From the NCBI GenBank assembly GCA_977020255.1, contig CDROCS010003345.1, forward strand, positions 124,001-188,000: a stretch of 64,000 nt of DNA, read 5' to 3'. The notes under the pieces are model-generated. The model had not been told where the DNA came from. It did no database searches and was given only the letters and a program-made list of their open reading frames with translations. Shown here piece by piece: positions 14,341 through 26,084 of the stretch. A program made the position numbers and the translations under genes. Positions within the stretch are counted from its first letter, which is position 1. Each line of letters opens with the position of its first letter. Origin of the DNA: Obrimoposthia wandeli. Lineage: Eukaryota.

Positions 14341-14694
14341 TCATAAAAATATCATTTCTTTATACAACTTTCCCTTTCTCTCATCCTTAAATTTTCCAAC
14401 CACGCTATTCAATGTAATACTGAAAAGTTGATGGTTCTTTGGATAGTTTAATCTATCCAAAAGATCATCTGAAATAATCTGAGGCAGTAACTGTTTACTT
14501 AAACTTACACCTTTACATTCTAATAAAAATAAATCAGTATCAACAGCTGCTATGTTTATTTTACAATTAAACATTTGACGATGCCGTTCTAATTCTGTAT
14601 ATTGTAATTGATACATACGTAGCTTTGATAAATCTAGAATTGCCTGCCCAATATAGATCAGTCTATCTAGGGAAACAACATTTTTATTTATCAA
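14341..14694 (-). pseudogene. polB: Protein-primed PolB C-terminal fragment
   Basis: YIGQAILDLSKLRMY...AAVDTDL...VGKFKDE, collinear with the 27837-28649 copy. Confidence 0.85.
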
Positions 14695-14959
14695 AGTACC
14701 TCCAAATAAACTGCGACAACACGAGATTTTTTAAATGTTGGCTTAGAACTTAAGCATGTTAGTTTTTTTATGAATTACAAATTCTTACATTAAGTAGCTT
14801 TCTCAAATTTTCAATTGTTTTAAATTGTACGAAAATATTAATAATAAATTCAAATTTCATCAATTCAAATAACTAATTTTACCAAAATTAACTATGCTTA
14901 TTAGACTATATATTACAATAAAAGAAAATCATATATATATGTATTTAAAAAATTACATT

Positions 14960-15360
14960 AGTATCCTTTGATGGCATTTCTAGCGGCATATCTGCTTCCA
15001 ATATTTTGTTTAAATATTCCCACTCCAGCTAATTTTGATGTGTTGACGTGCTGATCCATGCTTGATCAAGGGTTGTTGGGTTGTTCCAGTTCAATTATTT
15101 CTGATTGATTTGTTATTGAAGGCATGTCTGAAAGTTGTTTCAACACCTGAATGACAGTGATTGAATATTGATAACAAAAATTACCTTGAATTGATGCAGT
15201 TCACTTATTTCTGATTGCTTCGTTATTGCAGGTATATCTGAACATTGTTTCGATACCTAAATGACGGTAATTAAAATTGATAATCAAAAATTAAATTACC
15301 TTGAGTTGATCCAGTTCGATTATTGCTGGATGTGTACTAGGTATGGAATTTCACTTTTTC
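14960..15360 (-). pseudogene. Spliced low-complexity gene with tandemly duplicated exons (mini-Polinton)
   Basis: GT-AG introns 15257-15299 and 15147-15184. Exons encode IIELDQLK | VSKQCSDIPAITKQSEISELHQFK | VLKQLSDMPSITNQSEIIELEQ. Confidence 0.6.
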
Positions 15361-16763
15361 TAAAAATAAAGTTTAATAAATTTTTAAAAATTATTATCAA
15401 GTGTTTTTATCATTTAATTGAGCCATGAATGAATAGGACATTTAAACCTTGTTTAGACTAAACGTTAATGAAAAATCTTAGTATATATATATATATATAT
15501 ATTAGTTGTGCTGAAAATATCAAACTTTGATAATTATATATTACAAAAATGAGAATAAATATAAAAGATATGATTAATTATTCTGAAGAAAAAAATTCAA
15601 AAACGATCCTAAATCTAAAATAATTGTATACTGAGAATTAGTTATTTATGAAAATTTCTAATTATTTTAAAATAAAAAAACACACCTTAATTGATAAAAA
15701 AAGAAGATTATAATGTATTCAATATTAATATTCAATATAAATATTCACTGTAGTACTTAGTGTTTTACAGTGATTTAAAATTTATTATTTTAAGTGAAAC
15801 TAAGTATTTTACAAAGAACTAAAATTAAAATATATTAAAATAAATTTATGTAAGTAACATTTAGAGTTAAGATAATAGAGTCCAAATTGTAAACGTACAA
15901 ATAATTAAATTAATAAAATACCAGAAAAATAATTCAATATTACATACCCTTTATATTGTTTTAATTACGAACAAAAATATTTAATAATCCTTATTTTATA
16001 ATTTTTAAAAGATAGGCTGTGTTAATTAAGGCTTTGTTTAGGGGTGGGCGATGATCATAATCATCAAAATATATTTGTTGATGACATAACAATCATCTAG
16101 CATTTTATTATGTAATGTTTACATAATAATGTCATTGTAGTCGGCATCCGGCACTCTCAAGAGATTACATCATCGTTGACTCTTCGGGGGTAGTCTCCAT
16201 GTGCCGGACCCGACACATATATCTACTGAATAGTAACAAAAAACAATTGATACGTCTTTTGGGGACATACTGCAAAGAACAGTATTTTATTTAGAGAAAA
16301 ATAAGTATTTTCAGTCAAAATAAACAAACTGTAGAATGATCTACAAAAATCTGAATGATTAGAAGATTTTTTACTTTTAACTGATCTCATTGGGCTTTTG
16401 CAAGCTGATTGCATTATTGTTCACTAATGACGCTTTACACATAAGGACAAGTTCTCCTTTCCACGTTTTATACCAATTTTTTAGAAAGAGTTGTTGGATC
16501 CGTCGAATTTAACCATGACATAAATTTGTAATTACTGATAGCCAGTGATAAATTGGGTCAATAATTTTCTATAAATCGCTGAATTTTGTATCGTGTTGCA
16601 TAAAAGCATTCCACCTTTTTCAATAAGAAATATGCTTCCCATCATAAATTTATCGTACTTTTAGTTTACACATTAAAATATAATTAATATTAAAATAAAA
16701 ATTCTAATTTTTGTTTGTTGTTGTAATTTTGTAATTTTTGTAATTTATTGAGTAATATTACAA

Positions 16764-16836
16764 GCCGGGATTGTTCAATAGTAGAATGCGTGATTTGCAA
16801 AAGGTGAGACCTGTAGTTCAATTCCCAGTCGCCGCA
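16764..16836 (+). pseudogene. tRNA-derived pseudogene or SINE head
   Basis: 73 nt with A-box-like tgttcaatagtagaa and B-box gttcaattcc, and an imperfect acceptor stem (gccggga/tcgccgc). The anticodon stem does not pair. Confidence 0.5.
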
Positions 16837-18408
16837 ACTAACATTTGCCCAAACCTAAAAGTATTAAATATGACTTTTATTATCATATATTTGTTTGTCA
16901 TTATTTTAATTATAATTAACGTTTTGAGCAAGGATGATCACTCTTTTACGAAGGTAAATTTTACCAAAAATTCAAAAGATAGAGCCTCGACATTATACTG
17001 CTAAGAATTCACTTACTGTATTTAATAAGACACTACAATATAATAGCATTGACCATTTTCATTCCCATATCATCAGAATAAAAGATTGAAATGATAAAAT
17101 GTTTAGAAAAATTTATTAATCCACATAATTTCATTGTTTTTATTAGCAGTCGTGTCAAATATTAGCCTGTGTGCAGTGAAAATATTTAACAGTTGCAAAA
17201 TTATTAAATTTAAATTATCTAGTTTTCACCATTTACATTTATAATACCTTTCCAATCAACAGCGACTCTGCTACCATCATGTGGTGTCTTGACGAATTAT
17301 GGCCAATAGCTGTGGTCTTTTGTTACACGACGGAGTTGAGATAGTATCTATAAAATGACTTTTATGCAATGTTCTACCCATTGAAACAGAACAAAATGGT
17401 GGTGAATGGAACATTAATGAAGAACCTGTTGCTGGTTGCATTAATGCTACCAGTGAGCATATCGCTGACTGCTGAAATAAGTATCGTCACGGACAATAGC
17501 CAGAAATGCCTTCAAATCAGTTCAGTGCTCAATGCGGAAACCTTCATATTTCACAAACTATTAAAAACTTGTAAAGTTTTTTATAAATCTGCAACTGATT
17601 CTAAAACTTCCAATAACTCTTGTGGAAGTACGAGTTACAAAATAATTGACAATCAAACGGAATATTCGGGTAAAAAGGCTTTGTAATTATCATGTGATTG
17701 AATAAACATTTCTGACATTTCTGACATGTGGTGTAAAATAAATGTTTACATTTTATGAAACTTGTTTTACCTATTTAATATCAAACAGGAATTTATCAAA
17801 TTTGATGTCTTATAAAGAAGAATAACATAGGATAATCATAAATAGCAACGATATGTATATTAATCGACAGTTAATTAAATTATGAACGTATTCGTAACGA
17901 TTTATTTTCTTTTATTAGACTTTTAATGTAGAAATTTAGCAAACAAAGTGTTTCTTTGAAGGTGGAAGATCCTATTAAGACTTCATCAGCATCCCTTAGT
18001 AGGTGGATGTGTCCAGTCTAATCCACACACCCCTCCCCCTACTGTCCTTTAAAACCGTACATGTGTGAGGAGTGAAATTTCGTGCATGTGTGTGGAGTGA
18101 AATTTTGTGTATGTGTGTAGGGGGAAAAATTGAAAAAGCATCGAATAGGAGGGAGGGAGGGTCCTCCCTTCATATTTTTTATTTTGCTTTGAAATTTATC
18201 TCCAAAGTGGTTAGAGAAGACCACGGGAATCCATATTGACCCCGGCGGCTTATCGCAGACGAGATTACAAATATATTACTACTATTTTTAAGATTTTAGA
18301 TTACTACATGTTAAATATTTAGGTCAGATTTATAAGAGAAAAAAATATCTATATAATTTAGAGGAGAAAAAACAAAATACGAGTCAAAATTATTTTTCAA
18401 AACATTTA

Positions 18409-18813
18409 TTAAACATAAAACAACATATTGGCTTCACTCAAAGTCCAGAGAGGCTGCATTTTCCCATCATCAGCAAAATATCCATTGAGACGTATTGAGA
18501 TATTCCATAGTGCTTCCTCTAGAATTGGAGCAATCAAATATCCTAGGTCATCTTTAAAATTCAGACTGGGATCAGTTTCAAGCCGGAAACAATTTCCTTC
18601 ATATACATAATCAAGAATGTAAAATCCCAAAATATTTTTCAATTGCTCAATATCAGATGTTGTTAAAATTTCGATGAGATATTTTTTCTCCACTTTTGAT
18701 ATTTTCACAGGATTCATAACTCGTATAAATTGATGCCTCTTTAATATATTACATAGTTTTCCTTTTGAAATTTTTTCTGGATAATAAAAATTTGCTACAC
18801 ATCTCTTATCCAT
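18409..18813 (-). CDS. Polinton accessory hypothetical protein (134 aa)
   Basis: Intact ORF with normal protein composition near the left end; no recognised motif. Confidence 0.55.
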   Translation of the reverse strand: MDKRCVANFYYPEKISKGKLCNILKRHQFIRVMNPVKISKVEKKYLIEILTTSDIEQLKNILGFYILDYVYEGNCFRLETDPSLNFKDDLGYLIAPILEEALWNISIRLNGYFADDGKMQPLWTLSEANMLFYV

Positions 18814-18992
18814 TTTAAAATAAGGAAACTGATTAAAAACAATGTTTATAAAAAAAATGCATTAGGGATACATATAAGATACAAATATTTAAAAAATAAA
18901 ACTGATTATTAAATGAAAGAAACATAGTAAAACCGATTACAATTTATTAGACGCAAAAGTTAAAACATAGAAATATGAGGACATTCAATTTT

Positions 18993-19412
18993 TCACATAG
19001 GCAACTTTGTTCCCATTTCATCTTTCTTGTAACCATAAAGTCGAATTGTTACAGTCCATTGCTTCTTTTTTGGAAACGCATCAATATCAACATATCTTCC
19101 ATAGTCATCTAGAAATGCTTCATCGGCTCCTCGGATATAAAATTCGTTCTTATTGAAAGTAAAATTCGGAACTGCCTTTTCAACTTTCTGTTTAAGATAT
19201 TGAAAATCTGGTTTTTGAATATTTGATAGATAATAGTTGAACTTTCTTCTTTCAATTGTCACGGGATTTACTAAAGCAATCAGTTGAGCCTTCTTCAAGA
19301 ATCTGACTTTGTATTTGAAATATTGTTTCACTTCTTCATACATATCCTTATACGATTCTTCAAACATTTCTATATCTTCGTCATCGCTTAATACCTGTTG
19401 GCTATCGTCCAT
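18993..19412 (-). CDS. Polinton accessory hypothetical protein (139 aa)
   Basis: ORF with acidic N-terminus and a beta-strand-like C-terminus (KQWTVTIRLYGY); function unknown. Confidence 0.55.
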   Translation of the reverse strand: MDDSQQVLSDDEDIEMFEESYKDMYEEVKQYFKYKVRFLKKAQLIALVNPVTIERRKFNYYLSNIQKPDFQYLKQKVEKAVPNFTFNKNEFYIRGADEAFLDDYGRYVDIDAFPKKKQWTVTIRLYGYKKDEMGTKLPM

Positions 19413-19653
19413 CGTTGATAATTGACTTTAATATGAATGCATTTACTGTGATTTGTGCTCCAATGGTGCATTCTTTTATACTAATTTCTAACAAAGACAT
19501 GAATCTCATTGATTAAATCCATATTAAAAATCAAATTTGATTGGAAGATCATCCAATTATAATAGGTTTGTAAGATAATTACAAGAAACGTGCAATAAAA
19601 AAGCAGGTTCAGACATATATAAAGAAGATTTTACAGAATATAATTTTAGTCTA

Positions 19654-20084
19654 ATGAAACTCGTAAATATAAATTATAAAGGTAGAACAGAAGATGATGT
19701 TTCGTACTTACCATTCAATGAATGGAAGCCGAGACAATATGTGGAAAAGTTTGACAATTTCACAGTTGTTATTTTTCCTACAGGTTAGTTTTTTTTTTTA
19801 TTTTATTTTCATATTGAATTCGTTTAGGAAATTGTCGTGTTATGGGATGCAAAATACTAATGCTTGGGTTCAATTTACCATTTGGAATTCGAATCACTGC
19901 AATACAATCAATCACAATTTCGGCTAATCTCGGGAAACAGATAAATCTTTTTAAAACTGCAGAGAAAATGAAAGAAGAATGCATGTTTGAACCAGAATTT
20001 TTTCCTGCTCTCAGTTATTTGAAGTTTAAACCGCTATGTGTAAATATATTTTCCAGTGGTAAAGTTATGATATTGGGATCGTAA
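19654..20084 (+). CDS. Spliced TATA-binding-protein-like gene (exons 19654-19783, 19828-20084)
   Basis: A 44-bp GT-AG intron (19784-19827) joins FTVVIFPTG|NCRVMGCK. Second repeat IQSITISANLGKQINL...FEPEFFPALSYLKFKPLCVNIFSSGKVMILGS matches the TBP core IQNIV..../YEPELFPGLIYR..KP...LLIF.SGK.V.TG. TAA at 20082 may be a premature stop (frame stays open to ~20159). Confidence 0.8.
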
Positions 20085-20178
20085 AATTTTGATTATCCAA
20101 ACATTGTTAATTTGATTTTAGAAAATATATCTTATTACATCTTGTTATCTTTTCTATAAACAAACCCGTTTAAACTTA

Positions 20179-20460
20179 TTGTTTCAAATGAATAATACTA
20201 TAAATAGAGACAATGAAGTGGATTGTCTTGTCGACGAAATATTTTCTGGAAAAATTAGGGGTAAACAAATTTTATCAGAATTAAAAAATAATGATATAAC
20301 AAGAGATAACATTGAAATATTGGTTAGATCACACGTTATTCGAGAATTAAGAAATCGTACACAAATAAATAAAATTATAGCCAAGTATTCATTAATTAAT
20401 TTTTGTATTTCATCTACAATAGCTCTAACATTGTACATTTCAATAAGGAAACTTCTATGA
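20179..20460 (+). CDS. Small Polinton hypothetical protein with C-terminal hydrophobic segment
   Basis: 93-aa ORF ending FCISSTIALTLYISIRKLL, between the TBP-like gene and the ATPase. Confidence 0.45.
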   Translation: MFQMNNTINRDNEVDCLVDEIFSGKIRGKQILSELKNNDITRDNIEILVRSHVIRELRNRTQINKIIAKYSLINFCISSTIALTLYISIRKLL

Positions 20461-20498
20461 TAATATAAACAATATTAAAAAATGAAAGAGTATATGCA

Positions 20499-21146
20499 AT
20501 GGAGCTAAATAATAATGCTGTATTTCAAATAGTTGGTCCCAGTAGAAGTGGAAAGACACATTTCGTATGTAAATTGTTGCAAAATAAATCTCTTTTCAAA
20601 TCTAGTTTTAAAAATATTTATTGGCATCATGGTGGAGGAGGGGAAAGTGAATTAGCCAAAACAGAAGTTTGTAAGTTAAAGGGAATACAATTTATTGAAG
20701 GATTTGATGCAAATTGGTGTGAAAGATTGAAAAAAGAAGATGTAATAATAATTGATGATTTGTATCAGGAAGTTATCAAGGAATCGTACTTTAATAATTT
20801 ATTTACAAAGATTGCAAGACATCGTGAAGTAATAGTTATATTTATCACTCAAAATCTTTTTCACCAAGGAGGTCACCATAGAACTAGAAATCTTAATGTA
20901 CATTACTTAATTTTATTTAAAAATCCTAGAGATCAAACAGTTGTAGATTTCGTGCCCAGACAAGCGTTTCCTCAAAATAAGAACTTTCTAGTTGATTCAT
21001 TCCACGATGCTGCTAAACAAGCACATGGGTATATATTTATTGACTTTACACAAGCTTGCCCAGATGATTTACGTGTTTTAACATACATATTTAATTCTAA
21101 GGGAGTAACTGTTTATAAACAAATAGAGAACAATTATAAAATATAA
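20499..21146 (+). CDS. Polinton packaging ATPase (A32/FtsK-HerA family)
   Basis: Walker A GPSRSGKT, Walker B IIIDD, FTKIARH, FITQNLF, HYLILFKNPRD. Confidence 0.93.
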   Translation: MELNNNAVFQIVGPSRSGKTHFVCKLLQNKSLFKSSFKNIYWHHGGGGESELAKTEVCKLKGIQFIEGFDANWCERLKKEDVIIIDDLYQEVIKESYFNNLFTKIARHREVIVIFITQNLFHQGGHHRTRNLNVHYLILFKNPRDQTVVDFVPRQAFPQNKNFLVDSFHDAAKQAHGYIFIDFTQACPDDLRVLTYIFNSKGVTVYKQIENNYKI

Positions 21147-21323
21147 ATTTACAATGCCTTTTAAGAAGTTGATAGTAAAACGTAAAGCAAAGCCTAAGAA
21201 ATCAAAAAAAAATCATTAAGAAAAAATAAGTAAAAAAATTAATCAAATCTGTAGTTAGAAATATAAAAAAAACCTTAATGACTTCGAATATAAACAATAT
21301 TCAAATTGAACCTTTTTATTAAA

Positions 21324-21651
21324 ATGAAAAAAATACAAAGAAGCATACCCTATTTTAAAGCTTTAGTCAAATCCTTTTCTCATAAGAGAATGATTATTCT
21401 TAAAGCATTTCTATCTTTTGTTGTAGATGATTTATTGGAAGTTTTGTATAATATAGTTTTGGGTCGAGTAAAAGTTGGAAATCGGAAAAATATATTAAAG
21501 AAATATAGAAAAACTCTTCTAGATATTGCTAATGTAAAAAGTAAAAAAGGAAACGAAATATTATTCTTAAACAGAATGGTGGTTTCATAGGGGCTGTTAT
21601 TCCAATTGTTGCTTCAATTATCAGTAGTATTATAGCTGCGACACGTTCATA
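21324..21651 (+). pseudogene. Conserved small basic Polinton protein with QxGGF amphipathic tail (frameshifted)
   Basis: ORF 21306-21590 plus shifted tail KQNGGFIGAVIPIVASIISSI. Confidence 0.6.
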
Positions 21652-21737
21652 AATAATTAATTCAAAAATTTGCTAAAGATATGGGTGCTAACCCTTCTTT
21701 ACCTAAATTTAAATTTTCTTTCTATTCAAATTGTTGT

Positions 21738-22765
21738 ATGGAGAAGATATGGTTCAATCCAGAAGATCCAATTGGTTACACCGGAGTTTCAAAATTAGCA
21801 AAAAGAACAAACAAAATTACAAGAAAACGCAGAAATGGCTGAGCGACCAGTTAGCCTACAGTCTGAACAAGCCGATGAGAAGAAGGATTTTAACTAGAAC
21901 TTACAAAACCGGCGGTCCTAATAATTTATGGCAAATGGATTTGATGGAGATGATCCCATATTCTTCCATTAATAAGGGATATCGATATATTTTAACATGT
22001 ATTGATGTATTTAGCAGGTTTGCTCGTGCAATTCCAGTTAAAGAAAAGTCTTCAATAGCTATGCTTTAAGTCATTAAAGAAATATTAAAAGAGGACATTC
22101 CACAAAATATGCAAACTGATTTAGGAAACGAATTTTATAATAAGTAAGTTCAATCATTATTTAAACAAAATAATATAAATCACTACTCTGTGTTTTCACA
22201 GTATAAAGCAGCAGTACTAGAAAGATTTAATAGTACTTTAAGAGATCGAATAAAAAAGTATTTCACAAAAGAAGGAAATAAAAAATGGATCCAAGTTTTA
22301 CCTAAAATAATACATGCATATAATCACTCGGAACATAGAGGTCTCAAAAGAATGAGACCTGTTGATGTTACTAATAAAAATTCTATGGATATTTGGATGG
22401 ACAGGAATAAAAAAGAAAATATTAAAAAAGCTAAATATAAGAAAAACGAATATGTCCGAATTTCGAAAATTAGCTCTACTCCATTTATTAAAAACTTTGA
22501 TCAGAATTGGAGCGATGAAATATTTTGTATAAGTAAAATTGATCAAAAGAGTAATCCAATAATGTATACTATTAAAGATGCTGACAATAATATCGTTCAC
22601 GGTAAATTTTACGAGCAAGAACTACAAGTAATATCAAATAAACCTAGCGTTTTCCGTATTCAAAAAATATTAAAATCTAAGGGTGCCGGTAAACATAAAC
22701 AATACTATGTTAAATGGCATGGTTATTCAGATCCAACTTGGATATCAGCATTTAATATAATATGA
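21738..22765 (+). pseudogene. int: Retroviral-type integrase with C-terminal chromodomain (disrupted)
   Basis: WQMDL, LTCIDVFSR, QTDLGNEF, AVLERFNSTL, YNHSEH, GKFYEQELQ, YYVKWHGY. One frameshift and in-frame stops. Confidence 0.92.
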
Positions 22766-23825
22766 AGTCTATGTATATGGTTTTACTTAGTAACGGATGT
22801 CCGAAGACTCAACCAGATAATTACGCTAGTAGCTTTATTATCGATTGGGAAAATACTATAAATCTTCAAGAAGAATGGGAAGCGGCTTTAACATAATTTT
22901 CCTTTTATTATTCTCCAATTACTATAAGAAAAAACTCACATATTTCGTTTACAAAAGAAGTTGATCATGAAAAATCAATTGAAGTTGTGATTGGGTTTGA
23001 TAGTAAAGGAAAATTTTATTACAATTGTATAGATAAAGAAGTGAAAGTAATATATGAACAAAACAAAGTCAGATTTAAAAATCGACTAAAACATTTTTAA
23101 AAACCTATTCAAATTATATTTGGATCTGATATAGAAGCTCTTCAATTCGGTTTTGACAGTGAACATGTAGTAGGTATGAAGAGATCTGATATAGCCTCAT
23201 CTAAATCGTTTAAAAATGTTCCTGATAGAGTAACAAAAGTGTTTTTAGTTGAAACGAGACCAAAGTATGTAGTGGAACTGAAAATGTTTTCAAAAGATTA
23301 TAAATTAGATAGTGAAGTGAATTTATGTAACTTATTACAGAAGGAATGTAGTGAATATTTCGATAAATGTGTAACATTAAAAAATGGTAAAATAACGTTT
23401 ACAGTAAAGAGAAATATAATATGAGTTTTATTTGTTGATAAACTCGCTAAAAACCTTGGTTTAAACATAAATACCTTTGAAACCCATACAATAAAAACCA
23501 TATAAGCTAAAATTAAGGCAAAACTTTAAATTCTGTTAATCATTTATATATTTATATTAATTTAATAGAACCAACGCTTGTAGGAGGACAGCGAGTTCCA
23601 CCTTTGAGAACAATATGGATATCTAAAAATGAAATAAAAGATGGGGACGCTGTCGGTATGTGTATAGATCAACCAATGTATCTTCCAGTTTCTCCCTTTT
23701 CTATAAACAATATTGAAGTAAATATTAGAGATGATTCCGAACAACTAATAGATTTCACGTACGGGGCCAAGACAAGTTTAACAATACATTTAAGAAAACA
23801 AAATGGCGAATCCAGCAATAATTGA
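22762..23825 (+). pseudogene. Minor capsid (penton-like) protein, disrupted
   Basis: N-term MYMVLLSN...PDNYASSF..W...I.L..EWEAAL; C-term LIEPTLVGGQRVP.LR...QPMYLPV...INNIEVNIRD..EQLIDF. Confidence 0.8.
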
Positions 23826-24102
23826 GGCTTATAGTCAAAGCCAGCAAGGTGGAGAATTACCATATTTTGTTGGCAAACAATATGGATCTGGCTGGCTTAG
23901 AACATTAGGTAGATTTGCCTTTCCTCTTTTAAAGAGACTCGCCCGATTTATATCAAAATTAGGAAAGGATTACCTTTCATCTAAGGACAATAAACTAATA
24001 CCAACTTTTAAGAAGCATGCGCTTGATGAACTTGATAATGTTTTACCTGAAGTTGCTAATTTGATTAGAAAAGGTAAATCAAATAAAAGCCAAAGATGCA
24101 AT
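23803..24102 (+). CDS. Polinton core/membrane-lytic-like protein N-terminus, in frame with the piggyBac transposase
   Basis: YSQSQQGGELPYFVGKQYGSGWLRTLGRFAFPLLKR motif (Q-GG-LP-F-G-Q-G-G) typical of the gene preceding the Polinton MCP. Confidence 0.65.
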
Positions 24103-25875
24103 ATGTTGCGTCAACTACCACGGAGACTAGCTCGTAATGATGCCAACAGACTGTTGTTTGGCCAAGATATTGATGATGACGCCGACTCTATGCATGATTT
24201 ATCAGAGGATGATGTTGCAAACAATATCGATCAGAATCTTCCAAATAATGGTGATGGCGATGCAGCCCCTCCCGTTGCTGATGGAGATGAACAAGCCGAT
24301 GACTTTCTAGATGAAGAAGCTTTGCGCAATTTTTCAAGTGGTGAAAGTGACGAAGATGATGATCCACAACAGCAAAGAGGATTGATTTCTCCCAATGGAC
24401 AAATATGGACATTGAATCAACCGGCAGCAGTGGGAAGGCAACCAGAGGCTAATATATTCCGTGGTGTCCAAAGATTTCGTCGTGGTTTGCACCCCGAATC
24501 ACGATTAGAATCTTTTGAAGTATTCTTTGACAGTTCAGTTAATTGTGTGATAATGTTTACAAACTTGTATGGTCGCAGATTGGCCCGCGAAAAAAGCGTT
24601 GAATAGAAGCAAGTGACTGCAAATGAAATGCGACCATTCATTGGACTTCATTTTCTTGCAGGCGCCCTAAAGGCACATCATCGAGTACTGGAGGAAATGT
24701 GGTCGGATCGTGATGATCATGCTCTTTTTAGGGCCACCATGAGCTGCCACCGCTTCAAACAACTGAAGCAAGCATTACGCTTTGACGATCCCATAAGGAG
24801 GGATAGGGAGGATCCCCTGGCTCCCATTCGTACAATTGTGCAATATGTGAATGGCAGTCTGGTCTATGCTTATTCGCTTAGCCCATTCATTACTGTTGAT
24901 GAGCAACTGGTAGAATTCCATGGCAGAGTTCGTTTTAGACGTTATATACCTACAAAACCAGGCAAATTTGATATAGAAATCTACTGGTCTGTGGATGCAG
25001 AAAACAGTTTCCCACTGCGGTGTTTAGTATACATTGGTGAGAAGACACTTTCGAGACAAGAGAAAGAAGACTCCCCATCAATTCCAGAAGCCGTCGTCTG
25101 GAACATTGCTCGTCCCTTGTTGAACGAAGGAAGGAACATCACAGGAGATAATTACTTCTCATCTCTTCACCTATGCCAGAGATTGTTGGAACGGCAGACT
25201 ACATATGTCGGCACAATGCGACAGAATAAGCGAGAGAATCCACCATTAGCAAAGACAACAACTGGACGACACAGGGGTGATAGCATTCACTACTACACTG
25301 ATGATGCCACTCTTTGCTCCTTTTGGGACAAGGGCAAAAACCCAGTTTTACTAATTTCAACCCAACATAAAGCCCAACAAAATCACACTGATAGAAAACC
25401 AGAAATCGTGATCTTCTATAACAGTACTAAAGCCGGTGTGGACACCCTTAATAAATTGAATAGGACATTCTCATCGAAGCGCAAGTGTCGCCGGTGGCCT
25501 TACTCGATCTTCTTTTCGTTAGCAGATAATGTTTGCTATGCTGCCCTGTTGTTATGGAATTCGTACGAGGTCAACAACGATTCACATTATGCATTCAAAA
25601 GAGAGCTGGCATATGAATTGTGTACACCACTGATTCGACAAAGATCCACTATCCCCAACCTCAGTAAGACCATCAAAACGGCAATTGAACGTCTTGGTTT
25701 ACAACCTCCTATGGTGCCACTCCCTCGTCAACAAGCAGTTCGCACTCAGGGAAGGTGCTACATGTGCCCGAGAGGTCCAGACCGCAAACAACGGAAAATG
25801 TGCTTCGAGTGTCATCAATTCATTTGTCCAATACATGGACAAACGCGTAATGTGTGCAATAATTGCATTGTTTAG
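24103..25875 (+). pseudogene. piggyBac transposase, near-intact with one in-frame TAG (24604-24606)
   Basis: Acidic N-terminus, TMS..RF..L...LRFDD, TVDEQL, TGDNYF, YVGTMRQNK, KAGVD, RRWP, C-terminal Cys-rich domain RCYMC...CFEC..FIC..H...C. Confidence 0.93.
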
Positions 25876-26084
25876 CTTTATAAACTTATACCTAACTGTA
25901 ACTGAATAAACTATTAGACTCTCTGTGCCAGAGTACACTTCAAGTATTTTATGTTCAATTCATCATACTAATAAAGTCTGTAACTTTTTCTATTTTCTTA
26001 AAATACGTGTCCTATACCAATAAAGTAATGTTTTTCTATTTCTATAATGAATGGTTCTATAATAATTAGTTTAGCTTTTATGCT

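Larger units (their letters stand above)
12743..16227. mobile_element. Non-autonomous Polinton/Maverick deletion derivative (3485 bp)
   Basis: ~58-bp TIRs starting agtagatatatgtgtcgggtccggc at both ends. 6-bp TSD aaatag/gaatag (1 mismatch). Internal pPolB fragment. Confidence 0.85.

Noticed and set aside
16764-16836. Functional tRNA-Ala(TGC)
   Set aside because: Anticodon stem does not pair and the acceptor stem has mismatches; kept only as a pseudogene/SINE head.
17915-17995. Second hammerhead-like CTGATGA...GAAAC on the minus strand
   Set aside because: No convincing stems could be built around the core.
17998-18283. Small AGTAG...CTACT element
   Set aside because: The ends match for only 5 bp and there is no TSD; more likely part of the Polinton left end or an unrelated insert.
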